The notes under the pieces: model-generated
The model's input: the letters and a program-made list of their open reading frames with translations, nothing else
Databases searched by the model: none
What the model was told of the DNA's origin: nothing
Shown here: in pieces, positions 1 through 12,484 of the stretch
Position numbering within the stretch: the first letter of the stretch is position 1
How the letters are laid out: every line of letters starts with the position of its first letter
Program-made: the position numbers and the translations under genes
NCBI RefSeq assembly: GCF_009914755.1
Contig: NC_060935.1
Length of the DNA: 64,000 bases
Strand: one strand, 5' to 3'
From: the human T2T-CHM13v2.0 reference genome, Homo sapiens

Positions 1-1214
1 TCCAGTTCCAACACTACAAACCATTAGTCTTTTGATCTTCATAATCAACTTATCTTTCAAAATACCCCAAAAGTAATTTTCTCAAGTTTAGGATGGCATT
101 CAAGGCCATCCATTTTTCCACTCCAATCTACAGTTTTGGTATTATTTTTCAATACACATCCAATCTATCATACCTCAGCCACATCAAGGTTGTGCCTCTT
201 CTCATTGTTGACTGTTGGAATCTTATTTTTCAAGGCTCAAAACATCTATCACCTTTCCCATGTATGTATATTTTTCTGGATATTTTTTCACTATTTTTTA
301 TCTTCTTATTTTAGACTCTCAAAACTTTGTTTCTCTTTTGTATATTTACAATTTGTATAATTGTTGCCTACATGCAAATCTATTATTTGAGCTCTAGTTT
401 AATAAATTCTGTCAAGTCAGGAAAATGCCATGTTTGTATCCCTTATAGAAACTAGGAAGAACAATTATGCACTAAAATATTTTGGTAAATTCTGTGTCAA
501 CAATTTAATTATCTAGATTTTAAAGGTTTATTATTTAAAATAAATAAAGACATTCCTCAAGAATATTTCTAGCTGCTAACATGACATGGTACCAAATAGC
601 ATGATGTGGTACCATTTAAGGAAGACCTGGAGGGAAAGGGTCATGGCTTCAATATTGATTAATAGCGTATTTTTAGTTTTCTGTTTCTACCTTTGGTATC
701 CTTCCATGGCATAATCAGTTAATCCTGAATTGCCTATTGTAAGCATATCTTTAAAACGGTTCTCTGTGTTTATCCAAACATATAATCAGGAATTTCAGTT
801 AATGCTAAAACAAAAATTATTTTACATGTGAATTACAACCTAATTAAGTGGGGGAATTTGCACAAATACATATGAAAATGTTGAGCATCATATAGTGTAT
901 AAAAAGGCATCTGGTGTTCATGATGCTGAATGATATAGGGGTATCTGAAACAATTTTTCTGCATTGCCAGGTATTCCAGAAGCCAGCATTTATTCTTTGA
1001 TAGAAAAAAAAATACAGTCCCTCCGGCCAAATAATGTTTCTAAAAGGTTAAGCTAGATTCAGGTGGACTGAAATATCAATGAAAATAGAATAATACTTTG
1101 AAAGTTATAAGCAATGAAATATTCATTTCCAGTGATAGATTTAGAAGTTCTAGGTGATTATTTATATTCTATTTCTATCCTATTGTTTATATCTCACCAT
1201 AAACTACCAAAATC

Positions 1215-1375
1215 TAAAAGGGACTCCGGAAATGATCTAGTTCAAGCCCATTGTTTTACAATTAAGAAAACTTGTGTTTCAATGAGATAAAGGGATTTTG
1301 CTCAAGGTTACACTGGCAATTAATATGAAATTTTAGTTCTCCTGAGTCTTAGATCAGGGTACATTTTATTTTCCG
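1215..1375 (-). mobile_element. MIR SINE remnant
   Basis: Degenerate MIR core in antisense (cccattgttttacaattaagaaaact...ttgctcaaggttacac). Confidence 0.6.
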
Positions 1376-2217
1376 CACATACTATATTATATTACATTTC
1401 CAACCACTACAGTACATACTAGGCACATAATATTTTTAAGCTAAGTTTGGTTTTATATTTTCTTGTGTTCATTTATTTTCCTCATCCAATTACTTTTTCA
1501 CTTAAAAATATTTTCTTTTGCTAATCAACTCTGTACTCCTACTATATGCAAATATGTAAGTCCATCAAACCCCATGTCTATCACTTTCTTGCCTTCACTG
1601 AATAAGACTGAGAAGTAAATATCCATTAAAAACATGTCAGTGAGAGACACCAGGAATGGAAAAGTAATAGGGCTGGTCATTGATAAACTAATTTACTGAG
1701 ATACAGATCAGAGAATTGTAGATGAAACTATGAGGTCAAGAGAAATTGAGTTTTGCTGTAATGGAAATAGATGGCTCCGGAATCTAAAAGATTGATAATC
1801 TGAAACACAAAGGAAAGAAAACAGAATAATGGACAGCTTTACAACTCATAACTGGGACACACAGTGTTGATCTAGATAATATGTCAATCTAATGACAGAC
1901 TGTGATATCCTTTAACATCACTAGGGTCTTAAAGTGAATTTTAGGGAGTTCTGAATCTTTTCCCACAGGAAAACCCAACTGTCTAAGTTCGTGATCATTT
2001 TGCATTTGTAAGAATACAAACTATTTTATGAGACATGAGCAGATGTTCATGCATCAAGACAAAAATCTGTTCCACTAAGAGAAAGCTTTTAGAATTCTCA
2101 GAAAGTAGTCTTCTTCTAATATAATCAAATCTGATTATCATTTCACAGATTCAATTCTTTATAACAGTAAAAGTCCTGAATAAACTACAGCATAAAACTA
2201 CACATTGCATAATTATA

Positions 2218-2695
2218 TGTAGGGGTTTGAATGGTGTTCCCACCAAAAGATACATCCAAATCCTGAGCCCCAGGACGTGTGAATGTAACATTACCTGGAA
2301 ATAGGTTCTGTAAAGATGAGTTAAGTTAAAGATCTCACGATCAGATCTTCCTGGATTTAGGGTTAGCCCTAAATGGAATTATTGAAGTCTTCATTAGAAA
2401 ACAGAGAATGAGAGTTGAGACACTGAGCTGCAGATCAGAGAAAGCCATGTGAATATAGAGTCAGAGACTGAAGTTTTGGAGTTACAAACCAAAGAATGCC
2501 AAGGACTGCTGGCAGTCACAGAAGTTAGGAGACAGACATGGAAGAGATTCTTTTTCAGCTGCTCCAGAAGGAATCAACCCTGTTGACAACTTGATTTCAG
2601 ACTTCTGACCTTCACATTTGTGAGAGAATAAATATGTTTTTTTTAACCACTCAAATTGTGATAATTTGTTTGGGCAGTCCTAAGGAAGTAGTATA
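2218..2695 (+). mobile_element. MLT1C-like MaLR solo LTR
   Basis: Starts tgtaggggtttgaatggtg, has the MLT1 motifs ggatttagggttagccctaaat and gagaataaat...ttgtgataatttgtt; flanked by ttata/ttaca (5-bp TSD, 1 mismatch). Confidence 0.8.
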
Positions 2696-3020
2696 TTACA
2701 TAATATAATTTTTGTACAATTGATAGTTCTTTTTAGGAAAAAAATGAAAACTTTAATCTCTAAAAAACGTTTCCACACTAATTTCAAAGAAACACAATTC
2801 AACCTACTTTGAAAGGTTTTGGTCTTAAACTGCAGTACACCTCAAGAGTGCTTCGTGGTAAACATTATAATCATCATAAATCACATCATGATGCAAAAAG
2901 CATATACGATCATATATTTTGAGTTTATTTAACTATTTTTGTTGCTGTTGGTTTTGATTTCACTCTTAAGAGAAATGATGGCTGGAGTTGTTAACTAATC
3001 ACAAATACAGGCTTTCAGGT

Positions 3021-3093
3021 TGCTATGGTTTGAATACATTTTTATGTGCCCCTCCAAATATCTTGTCGACACTTAGTCCCGAATGCAACAGTA
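3021..3093 (+). mobile_element. 5' fragment of an older MST-type (MSTC/D-like) LTR
   Basis: tgctatggtttgaat...gcccctccaaa...acttagtcccgaatgcaacagta resembles the MST LTR start. Confidence 0.55.
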
Positions 3094-3106
3094 TAAATAT
3101 GTCTAT

Positions 3107-5448
3107 TGATATGGTTTGGATTTGTATCCCTGCCCAAATCTCATGTTGAATTGGAGGAGGGGCCTGGTGAGAGGTGATAGGATCATGGGCTGTTCTCAGA
3201 TAGTGAGTGAGTTCTCATGAGATCTGATGGTTTACAAGTGTGTGACATTTTCCCCTTCTCGCTCTCTCCCTCCTCTGCCATTGTAAGACTTGCTTGCTTG
3301 CCCTTCACCTTCTACCAAGATTGTAAGCTTCTTAAGGCCTCCCAGTCATGCTTCCTGTTAAGCCTGCAAAACTGTGAGTCAATTAAACCTCTTTTCTTCA
3401 TAAATTACGCTGTCTCAGGTAGTTATTTACAACAGTGTAAGAATGTACTAATACAGGAAATTGGTACCAGGAGTATGGGGCAGTGCTATAAAAGTAGCTG
3501 AAAATGTGGAAGTGACTTTGAAACTGGATAACACGCAGAGGTTGGAACAGTTTGGAGGGCTCAGAATAAGACAGGAAGATGTGGGAAAGTTTGAAACTTC
3601 CTAGAAACTTGTTGAATGGTTGTGACCAAAATACTGATAGTAACATGGGCAGTGAAGTCCAGGCTGAAGTGATCTCAGATGGAGATGAGGAACTTTTTGG
3701 GAACTGGAATAAAGGTCTCTCTTGCTATGCTTTAGCACAGAGACTGGTAGCATTTTGTCCCTCCCCTAGAGATCTGTGGAACTTTGAACTTGAAAGAGAT
3801 AATTTAGGGTATCTAGCAGAAGAAATTTCTAAGCAGCAAAGCATTCAAGAGGTGTCCTGGATGTATCTAAAACTGTACACTCATATGCACGAAGAAAGAG
3901 ATGGTCTGGAATTGGAACTTATATTTAAAAGGGAAGCAGAGCATAGATGTTTGGAAAATTTGTAGCCCAGCCATGTAGTAGGAAAGAAAACCCATTTTAT
4001 GTGGAGAAATTCAAGCCAGCTGCAGAAATTTGCATAAGTAAAGAGGAGCAGAATGTTAATAGCCAAGACAATGGGTGAAATGTCTCTAGGGCATTTTAGA
4101 GACCTTCTTTGCAGCCCCTCTCATCACAGTTCTGGAGCCTAGGAGGGATAAATGATTTCACGGACCAGAGTCAGGTCCCTGCTGCTCTGTGCAGCCTCAG
4201 GACATGGCACCTTGTGTCACTGCTGCTCCAGCTTTAGCTATGGTTAAAAGGTGCCAAGGTAAAGATTGGGCCACTGATTCAGGGGATGTAAGCCCCAAAA
4301 TTTGGCAGCTTCAACATGGTTTGGGGCCTGCAGGTGTGCAGAAGGTAAGACGTGAGGTTTGGGAACCTCCACCTAGATTTCAGAAGATGTATGGAAATGT
4401 CTGAATGTCCAGGCAGAAGTCTGCTGCAGGGGAAGAGCTCCCATGGAGAACCTGTACTAGGGCAGTGCAGAGAGAAAATGTGAAGTTGGTGCCCCCCCAC
4501 CCCACAATCCCCACTGGGGCACTGCCTAGTGGAGCTGTGAGAAGAAGGTCACCATCCTCCATACCCCAGAATGGTACACCCACTGATAGCTTGGACTGTG
4601 AACCTGGAAAAGCTGAAGGCACTCAATGCCAGCCTGAAGGCACTGAAAGCAGCAATAGGGACTGTACCCAGCACAGGCACAGAGGCAGGATGCCCAGATC
4701 TTTGGAGTCCATCTCTTGTATTGGCATGGCCTGGATGTGAGACATGGAGTCAAAGGAAATTATTTTGGAGCTTTAAGATTTAATGACTGCCCTGCTGGGT
4801 TTCTGACTTGCATGGGGTCTATAGTCATTTGTTTTGGCCAATTTTTCCCATTTGGAATGGGCGCATTTACCCAAAGCCTATACTCCCATTGTATCCTGGA
4901 AGTAACGAAGTTGCTTTTTTTATTTTACAGGCTGATATGAGAAAGGGACTTACCTTGTCTCAGATGAGACTTTGGACCATGGAATTTTGAGTTAATACTG
5001 AAATGAGCTAAGACTGGGGGAATGTTGAGACAGCATAATTGCGTTTTGCAATGTGAGAAGGACATGAGATTTTGGAGGGGCTGGGGTGGAATATGGTTTT
5101 TATTTGTGTCCCCGCCCAAATCTCATGTAATTGGAGAAGAGTCCTAGTGGGAGGTGATTGTATTAGGGGAGCAGATTTTCCTCTTGCGGTTCTTGTGATA
5201 GTAACCTCTTGTGAGATATGATTGCTTAAAAGTGTGTGGTACTTCCCTCTTCTCTCTGTCTGTTGCCACCATTGTGAAGAAGGTGCTTGCTTCCCCTTTG
5301 CCTTCCGCCATGATTGTAAGTTTCCTGAGGCCTCACAGTCATGCTTCCTGTTAAGCCTGCAGAACTGTGAGTCAATTAAACCTCTTTCATTCATAAACTA
5401 ACCAGTCTCACCTAGTTCTTTGCAGCAATGTGAGAACAGACTAATACA
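3107..5448 (+). mobile_element. Full-length MSTA MaLR element: 5'LTR 3107-3455, internal region 3456-~5090, 3'LTR ~5091-5448
   Basis: Two direct LTRs (tgatatggtttgg...ctaataca), purine tract ggaggggctggggtggaa before the 3'LTR, TSD tctat(3102-3106)/cctat(5449-5453). Confidence 0.92.
3579..3965 (+). pseudogene. Remnant of the MaLR internal ORF, broken downstream by stops and frameshifts
   Basis: MWESLKLPRNLLNG...CPSPRDLWNFELERDNLGYLAEEISKQQSIQ is the characteristic THE1/MST-int ORF peptide. Confidence 0.85.
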
Positions 5449-5699
5449 CCTATCTTACCTCATTGCTTACCTTCTCATAATGGTCCTTGTGTCAAGGGTA
5501 CCTCCACTTGCCTCAATGGTATCATTTGTAAATTGAAAAATGTGAGGTTACCGGGTTTTGATCCAAACAAAAAGCTTAGGATTCAATATAAGACTATGAC
5601 TTTTTATTTAGTAAGACAATATTGTTGGGTAAAGATGACAGAAATGTCTTACGTTTATAAATATGCAGTTTATCAACACTCTGGGAAACACTGCAGTAG

Positions 5700-6400
5700 A
5701 TGTTTAAGTTATAGAGACTGTCTTAGCTGACTTCCACTTAACTCACCAAATCATTGAACACTCTCCCTTCACAATAGGACCAGGGTTCAGGGGTTTTCCC
5801 TAAAGTCAGCCTCCACAATTCCAGGTTTATTATTTAAATTGTGTGCTTGTCAAGAGTCACTTGTGGTTTTTATTTTTCCCCATATTTGTTCCTTTTGTTA
5901 TTATAATCAATACAATGCTTACTCTGATTAAATATAAATGCAAGGGGAAAAAGAGCTGTGTTTTTATGCAAACTGTTAAATAATTTTGACTTTATAAGGG
6001 TAAGCCATCTAAAGCAAAATCGCTATCAGAATAGATGTGGAAGACATGAGTAAAAATTTTTTAGAAAACAAAAAGGTCATAAACATCTACAAATATTTTG
6101 TACTGGATTCAATTAAAGGGGTTTAAAAACTTCAACTTCACCTTAAGAAACCTATACTGGAAATCGTAGAAGATATATTAAATGGATTCTGTTGTTGTTG
6201 TTGTTGTTTATTTTATTGGCAAGAAAGAGTATACAGATTTCTATCAGCAGACACATTCAAGGAAGACTTGACTCTACATCAACAGAGTAGTTAAATAAAT
6301 AACCTTTTTTGTTTTAGGCTAAAATAAAACATTTAAGGCCCATATTTATCATTTTTTTACATTTTTTCACTTCAAATGAGTTTTTCAGTAGCTTACCAAC
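5700..6400 (+). mobile_element. Ancient TcMar-Tigger DNA transposon remnant (Tigger13a-like)
   Basis: Decayed transposase N-terminal segment (aagaaacctatactggaaatcgtagaagat...atcagcagacac...ttgactctacatcaa); boundaries approximate. Confidence 0.55.
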
Positions 6401-6402
6401 AA

Positions 6403-6511
6403 CATAGATGCTCATGACTTTTGATGGGGTTACATTTTAATAAACTCTGAAAAACCCATCATAAAGCCAAAATATTACAAATTGAACCCTTCTAAGTCTG
6501 GTACCATCCCT
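6403..6511. mobile_element. MER47/Tigger5-like MITE
   Basis: agatgctcatgacttttgatggggttaca...aaacccatcataa...taagtctggtaccatc, matching terminal inverted repeat pattern. Confidence 0.6.
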
Positions 6512-7054
6512 ATTGGTTATGATCTTGTCAAGCGAGAAATAGAGAGTTCACACTGCAAATGCCCAATCAATGGACATGGGTTTTACCTTCATCAATACTG
6601 AGCACTTTTTAATGGCATTTTTCTAATGGGTTTATTTGTCATTTTAATTTATGAATTAATAATTCCTAAATAATCTTATTGCTCAAACTTTTTTCTGTGC
6701 TTTGTGACTCTTTAGATAATAATTCTTATGAATTATGAATAAAATTAAATCATAATTTACAGCTCTCTTAATGAACTTATATCCTCAAAATATATAAAAG
6801 TCTAAATAATTTCTTAGAAGAATCATGTTGGAATATATTCAGTTTGCAGAAAATGATTTCAGCTGAAACTTTTAGAGGACAGCTAAATGTTTTCAGATTT
6901 TTCTGTGATATATTCATATAGGCTTGATCTTTGGATATCACTTTAAATAATTTAGCATTTTGTTCCTCTCTTGGATTCTCCCAAACTCCTGAAGCAGAAC
7001 ATATTTTTGATTGATTATGCTGTCTTTTTCCTCCTCCCTCCCTTCCTTCTTTGT

Positions 7055-7460
7055 TTTATTCAACACATGTTTATAATGCATCTACTATGGTCAAGCTGTT
7101 TCTTCAGGCTCAGTGAACCAAATAAACACAGTCTCTAGCCTCATAGAATCCTATATGCTGGTGAGGAGAGAGACATAACACAAACAATTATGCAGATATT
7201 AACTAACTATAATTATGATAATTGCTATGAAGAAGTAAATAGTTATAAAATGCATAAGAGGGATTGGATTAAACTAGTCGGGGCAGTGGGAAGAACTTTA
7301 TTGGAGAAACTGACATTAAGGTGAAATCTGAAAGATAATCTAAGTAAGTCAGAACAGTGTGGAAGGGAGAGTAGAGAGTGTTCAATGCAAATGGAACAGT
7401 CTGCGTAAGGGCCCTTCTGGAGCATGGGGAAGAAATCAAAGAGGTAGGGATCAGAATTCT
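7055..7460 (-). mobile_element. L2 LINE 3' fragment
   Basis: attcaacacatgtttataatgcatctactatg...ccctcatagaatc is the antisense L2 3' end. Confidence 0.65.
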
Positions 7461-7502
7461 TATACTTTTGGTAAGGTATTGCAAAAGGAAGTCTAGGAAA
7501 AA

Positions 7503-7668
7503 GCTGCATCAGACTGCATTAGTGGGCACTTGTAAAAAATGAAGATTACGGAGACCCACTCACGACCTTCTAATAGAGAACATCTGGAAATGAAATCTGG
7601 TCATCTCCTTCCTGGCAGATACCCAGGTGGTTCTTTTGGACTGGAGAAGTAATTTGAGATTTACTGAA
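7503..7668. mobile_element. MER5-like hAT-Charlie remnant
   Basis: ctgcatcaga...cttgtaaaaaatgaagatt...cccaggtggttct...tttgagatttactg. Confidence 0.5.
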
Positions 7669-8756
7669 TTAGACTAATTTGCTTTCTAAATGTATTACCA
7701 TAACAAATTGAAGACATGGCCTTACAACGCCAAGCTTTATAATCATATTCAATTCTGGAAACACTAGGTTCTTTCTTTCTTTTTATTTTATTCTCTTTTT
7801 ACCCCAAGACAACAATAAAGAATTAAATGTAAGGAATGTAGTAAAAGCCCTTCTCTCTATTTTTTTAGTAACTGATGCCTTAATTTCTCCTTATAAACTA
7901 TCAAAGCATTAGGCAGAAGCATCTGTTTCTCTCATGGTGTACACATCAGAATCAGTGGCCCAAAGAGATTAATTGTCTTTCTGGGAGTCATAGTTTGCCT
8001 GAAGTAGTGCAAAGATCTCCTGATTCCCATGTCCACATCCTTGCCCCCTACATCCTCTGCATCCCTTTATCTCATCTGGAGGTCATTAGTATTTGTTCTC
8101 TTCCCCAAATAGCACTTTTCACATCAACACTCAAAGAAAAAGGAAAACAATAGGAAATGCTAAATTTTGAACTTTTCACAGGTGATGTTTTCAGAAATTG
8201 ATGTCAAGAATAAAATAGCTGTTGGCAGTTACAACTGTTTGGATGTCATTTTACAAAACAATTGCCTATGAGGTCTTCGTGGATTAAAGTTCTCACATAA
8301 TTTGGGAAAGCCTGCTGCCTGCTCTCCCTTCTGACCTCCTCTCTCTGGCAATTTTTACATAACTACATAGCACAGTTGGTTCCCAAGTCTGCTAAGCTTT
8401 TCCTTGCCTAAATAAATCATAATTAGTAAAGAAGAAGAGCTTCAAACTGAGGAGTCATAAAAATCATGGGGGTATTCTCATTTATTAACAGGTTTTGAAC
8501 TTACAGCATCCCCTGAACTTGGATGATTCTAATCAGTGGTGAAATGAGACTAACTTTATCCCTAGACATTGGTCAAACATATCAGGCTCAGCTGTATGGC
8601 AGATAAGGCATTGTGAAGCAGTTTTACCTGGAGATGTACTTGCTACTGAATTTCTGAAGCAGAAGCTAGATTGTATGATGGAGCCATCCACATGCTCATT
8701 TTTGTGAAGGGGAATAATTAGCAATTCACCACGTTAAAGTTTAACAGAGAAACCTC

Positions 8757-9331
8757 CTTAGGAAGATAGAATTTCACATGACCTCCAGGGTCCTATCTTC
8801 TCGTATTCATGCCTTTGTGTACGTCTCTCTCACTGAGTGTGTGCTGGACCTATGACCTGCTTCTAAGCAATGGAATTCAGAAAAGATGATGTATATTTGT
8901 AATCACAAATACAAAATTACATTACATAAAATTGTAGTGCCCATCTTGCAAGGAGATTTTCTCTCCCTGAATCACTTTAAAGAAGCAGGCTCAAATATTG
9001 TGGACTGCCATATGGAGAGGGCCACACAGCTAGCAGCTAAGGATCACCTATAGCTTACAGTCAGCAAGAAAATTAAGTCTTTCACCTAGTAACCTGCAAG
9101 GAAATGCATTTTGCGAACAACTGCATAAGTTCCCTGATAGAGGCTCAGATCACAGCCACAGCCAAAAATATGACTGAAAATTTTTGAGACTCTAAGTAAA
9201 CCATTACCTGGAGACCAAAGTCAATCATGCTTGGGCTCCAAACCCACAGAAACTATGCAGTAACAAATGTATGTTATTTTAAGTCACAAGTTTGTCGTGT
9301 TCTTGCTATGCAGCAATGTATAACTAATACA
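8757..9331 (+). mobile_element. MLT1E/F-like MaLR LTR
   Basis: ctggacctatgacctgcttctaa, ggagagggccaca, terminal ctatgcagcaatgtataactaataca. Confidence 0.75.
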
Positions 9332-9759
9332 CATCTGCAAAACACTATAATTTGTATAGAAAGTAGATTCCTCGACAGAGATCCTGTTAAGGAGTCTATT
9401 CTCCTAAATAAAATCATGAACTCCTAATCTGAATACTCAAGCTTGAAGGGAAGGGTAGTTAAAGATATTTGGGAATTAACTTCCTATTTTCAAAATGTGG
9501 GGATTTGAAGTTACTAAAGCAGCAATAAACCAAACGTGTTGTCGCATGCTTTCTTTCTTTTTTTTTTCATTTTCATCTTTACCCTATAGGATGGGTTCCT
9601 TCTAGCAAAAACTTGGTAACATGGCCTTTACTTATTTCATAGTGTAATTATTGAATGTTTTTCTTTTTCTACCAATCAAACCCAGGCCTTTGTAGCCCCA
9701 TGTGGTCACGGTTTTGGGCTAGTCTATAAAAAAACAAGCTACTCGTTCTCCTTACTTGA

Positions 9760-10640
9760 GCTTGCACCTGCTCACTCCTCTTTATCTCCTTAATTTTCTG
9801 TTCTCTGCTTTCTTTGTCTTCCCTTTCTCTCACCCGTTCTGCAGGTCTCAGCTCAAACATAATTTACTCCTAAAAGCTTTTCACAGCCCCCTAACTGTAT
9901 AGCTTAAGATTTCCTTCACTGTATCAGTATACATTTAATCTTGCCATAATACGCCTGTCTCTTTATTGAAATATTCTTTTTATTATCCAGTCTCCTTCAC
10001 TACAATGCAAGCTCAATATTGAAGGTAGTATCTTGGTCACCTATTTATCTTCTATTCCTTAGCATCTAGCTTAATGCATAAGTGCATACAAAATGATTTT
10101 ATTTTAAATAGATGAAAGGATGTCATAGTAACAAGAGTGGAAGCATTAGAGTCAAATTTTACTCAAAGTTTAGTTTACTGTGTGACCTTGGGTAAATTAC
10201 AGAATTTATGTTAACCTTGATTTTCTCATCTGGCAAAATGAGAACTATTAACTTCTATTCCTTCTGTGATTCATTGAAAAATTAGTTTTTTTTCAACAAA
10301 TGAATAACTACTTGTGCTTTTATAGTGTATCTGACATGGATCTAGGGTTTGGGATACAGGATTGTACAAAAGAGTCAAAATATTTGCCTCTGGAAGCATA
10401 AGACATTTAATAAGCAAGATGGATAAAATATACAGTATGTTAGGTAGTTATAATTGCTAAGGAGAAAAATTAATTACAGAACAGGAGTAAGAAGCATTGG
10501 TGAAGAGGAATTGCAATTTTAGATAAGGTAGCCAGGAAAGACCTTATCGAGAATGTGCCTTTTGCATTAAAATGTGAAAGGGATGCAACAGCTAGCTACA
10601 CCAATAAGTAGGAGAAGAACATTTCTGACATAGAGGGTGG
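9760..10640. mobile_element. Cluster of L2 (+, ~9760-10118), MIR (+, ~10125-10275) and L2 (-, ~10290-10640)
   Basis: MIR core ctgtgtgaccttgggtaaattac...ttttctcatctggcaaaatgag; L2 3'-end motifs on both sides. Confidence 0.6.
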
Positions 10641-12484
10641 GATATTTGTAGTAAATTAATTTTCTGGAATAATCAGTGGCACAGTACCTGTCACATAGAG
10701 TTCTCGGGATGGTTAATTACTACCTCACACCCATTTTTTAGTATTTGCATTTGTAATATTTGCATTTGTTAATTCTAAGCTATATACTCATTATTTACAT
10801 ACTTCCATGTTTGTTCTTGAAAAATGCCTTAATCTTACAGTCATCAGACTCAATCTATCACATATACTGAGAAAAACTGTATCTATTTTGATTTCCCTAA
10901 ATGGAAAGTTAGAAGCTTACTCTGCAGGTGGCAGGTAAGCACCAATCCTTTTATCAGTTTTCTAGGTAGGATAATAGAACATCAATATCCAAGGCAAGAA
11001 TTCCATAAGGAAACATTAAAGCTGCGAAAACTCTTCATTGTGAAAGTACAAAATGACTGTCTATGCAGGCAGTGAAATATAGCTAAAAAAATTTACAAAA
11101 AAAATTATTTATCAGTTAATCTGATTTTGAATCTGAGTTCTCATACTCCTGGACTTACAGAGGACTCCAGCCTCAGGCACTGTTGGGACTCCAGTACCCT
11201 GGATGTAAAGAGGTAGTGTGGAAGCACAGGAGAGGCCTTCTTATTGTCCCAGGTTACATGGGTCTTCAGGACCACTACATCTATTGCTTCTGTGCCACGC
11301 TTGGGATACAGTGAGGCTAGGAATCCTTATGCCCAGGATTCGACCTCCCTAAGTCCTCAACATGGCCCTCAGGCTAAAGTTGGGTCCCTTCTTGAGGACA
11401 CTGTTCTGGAACAAGATTTATTGTTCTATCCTCTGCTCCTCTAAATGTCTCTCTTTATTGTTAAACATTTTAGTGCATAAAGACATGTTTTTTATAACAG
11501 GTTTGGGTTTTTGGAAACAATAGTCAGTGAGGGATATGTCTTACATTTAACGTCAGTTTTCCTTCTAGTCACATATCTCCCTTGAAGCGAGGTAATGAGT
11601 AGACAGCTACTTACCAGAAGGTGGAAACAAAAGATGATGAAATAAGGAGAAATATAAAAATTACTATTTTAAACTTTATCCAAACAAATCTATATGTTAA
11701 TATCTCCAAGAGTATTTACATTTAGTGGAAATCAGTAAAAATTGAAATGTGTCAGTTATAAGTTGCATCATCTCTCTTTCCTTCCTCCTAGGATGCTTTT
11801 CATTTGCATAGCAATGACCAAGATCTTGATAACTGTTTTTAGAAACACTCACATCAAATTCCATAGACTTTAAATACTTGATTAAATATTGAATAATAAA
11901 CAGACAAACAAAATATCTTTTTGCATCATCAACTTTCTTTTGAATCAGTAGGTTAGAACTTGAGAAAATATGAATTCATTTTTGTTTATGGTTATTTGTT
12001 AGCCTAATTTCCTCCAGGAATTATATCAGAACATGGCTCAGATACAGGCAGCCTAAATCAAAAAGATAATAAATGGCTTTCTAAGACTATAGCTAGTAAA
12101 TGCTTTTGAAGTTGGTGGCAGTGACATTTACCTATATCAACTGATAGGACTCAGCCAACACAACAAAGGTATTTTCTGAATAGAGGTGGTCTAATGTGCT
12201 TAAAATCAAAATATTCCCAATGGATTCAGAGAGAGAAAAAAAGGAAAATATATTTTCAATTATTTTGTTTTAGTATTATGTTTTACTAGATTCAACCTGG
12301 TTTTCTCCCTCTCTGTCAAATCTCTCAGGTGGATTGGCTCTCATACGTGAATCTTTTGCACTACCTCATTTGAAATGAAAAACAGGTTTGTATAATTCAC
12401 AATTTTATCACCTCTTTGTGAAATTACTTAGTGCCATATTCCAGAAAAACAATATATTTTATAATCAAATCCTATGTTGTACTA

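Noticed and set aside
4189-5394. Cluster of overlapping ORFs
   Set aside because: They are frameshifted MSTA-int and LTR sequence.
8165-8300. Possible splice acceptor (ttttcacag) and weak hairpin ggcagtt...aattgcc
   Set aside because: The pairing is too imperfect for a pre-miRNA, there is no clear donor, and I do not recognise the family.
11130-11450. Locally GC-richer patch with a 66-aa ORF
   Set aside because: No recognisable protein or splice structure; probably an old repeat I cannot assign.
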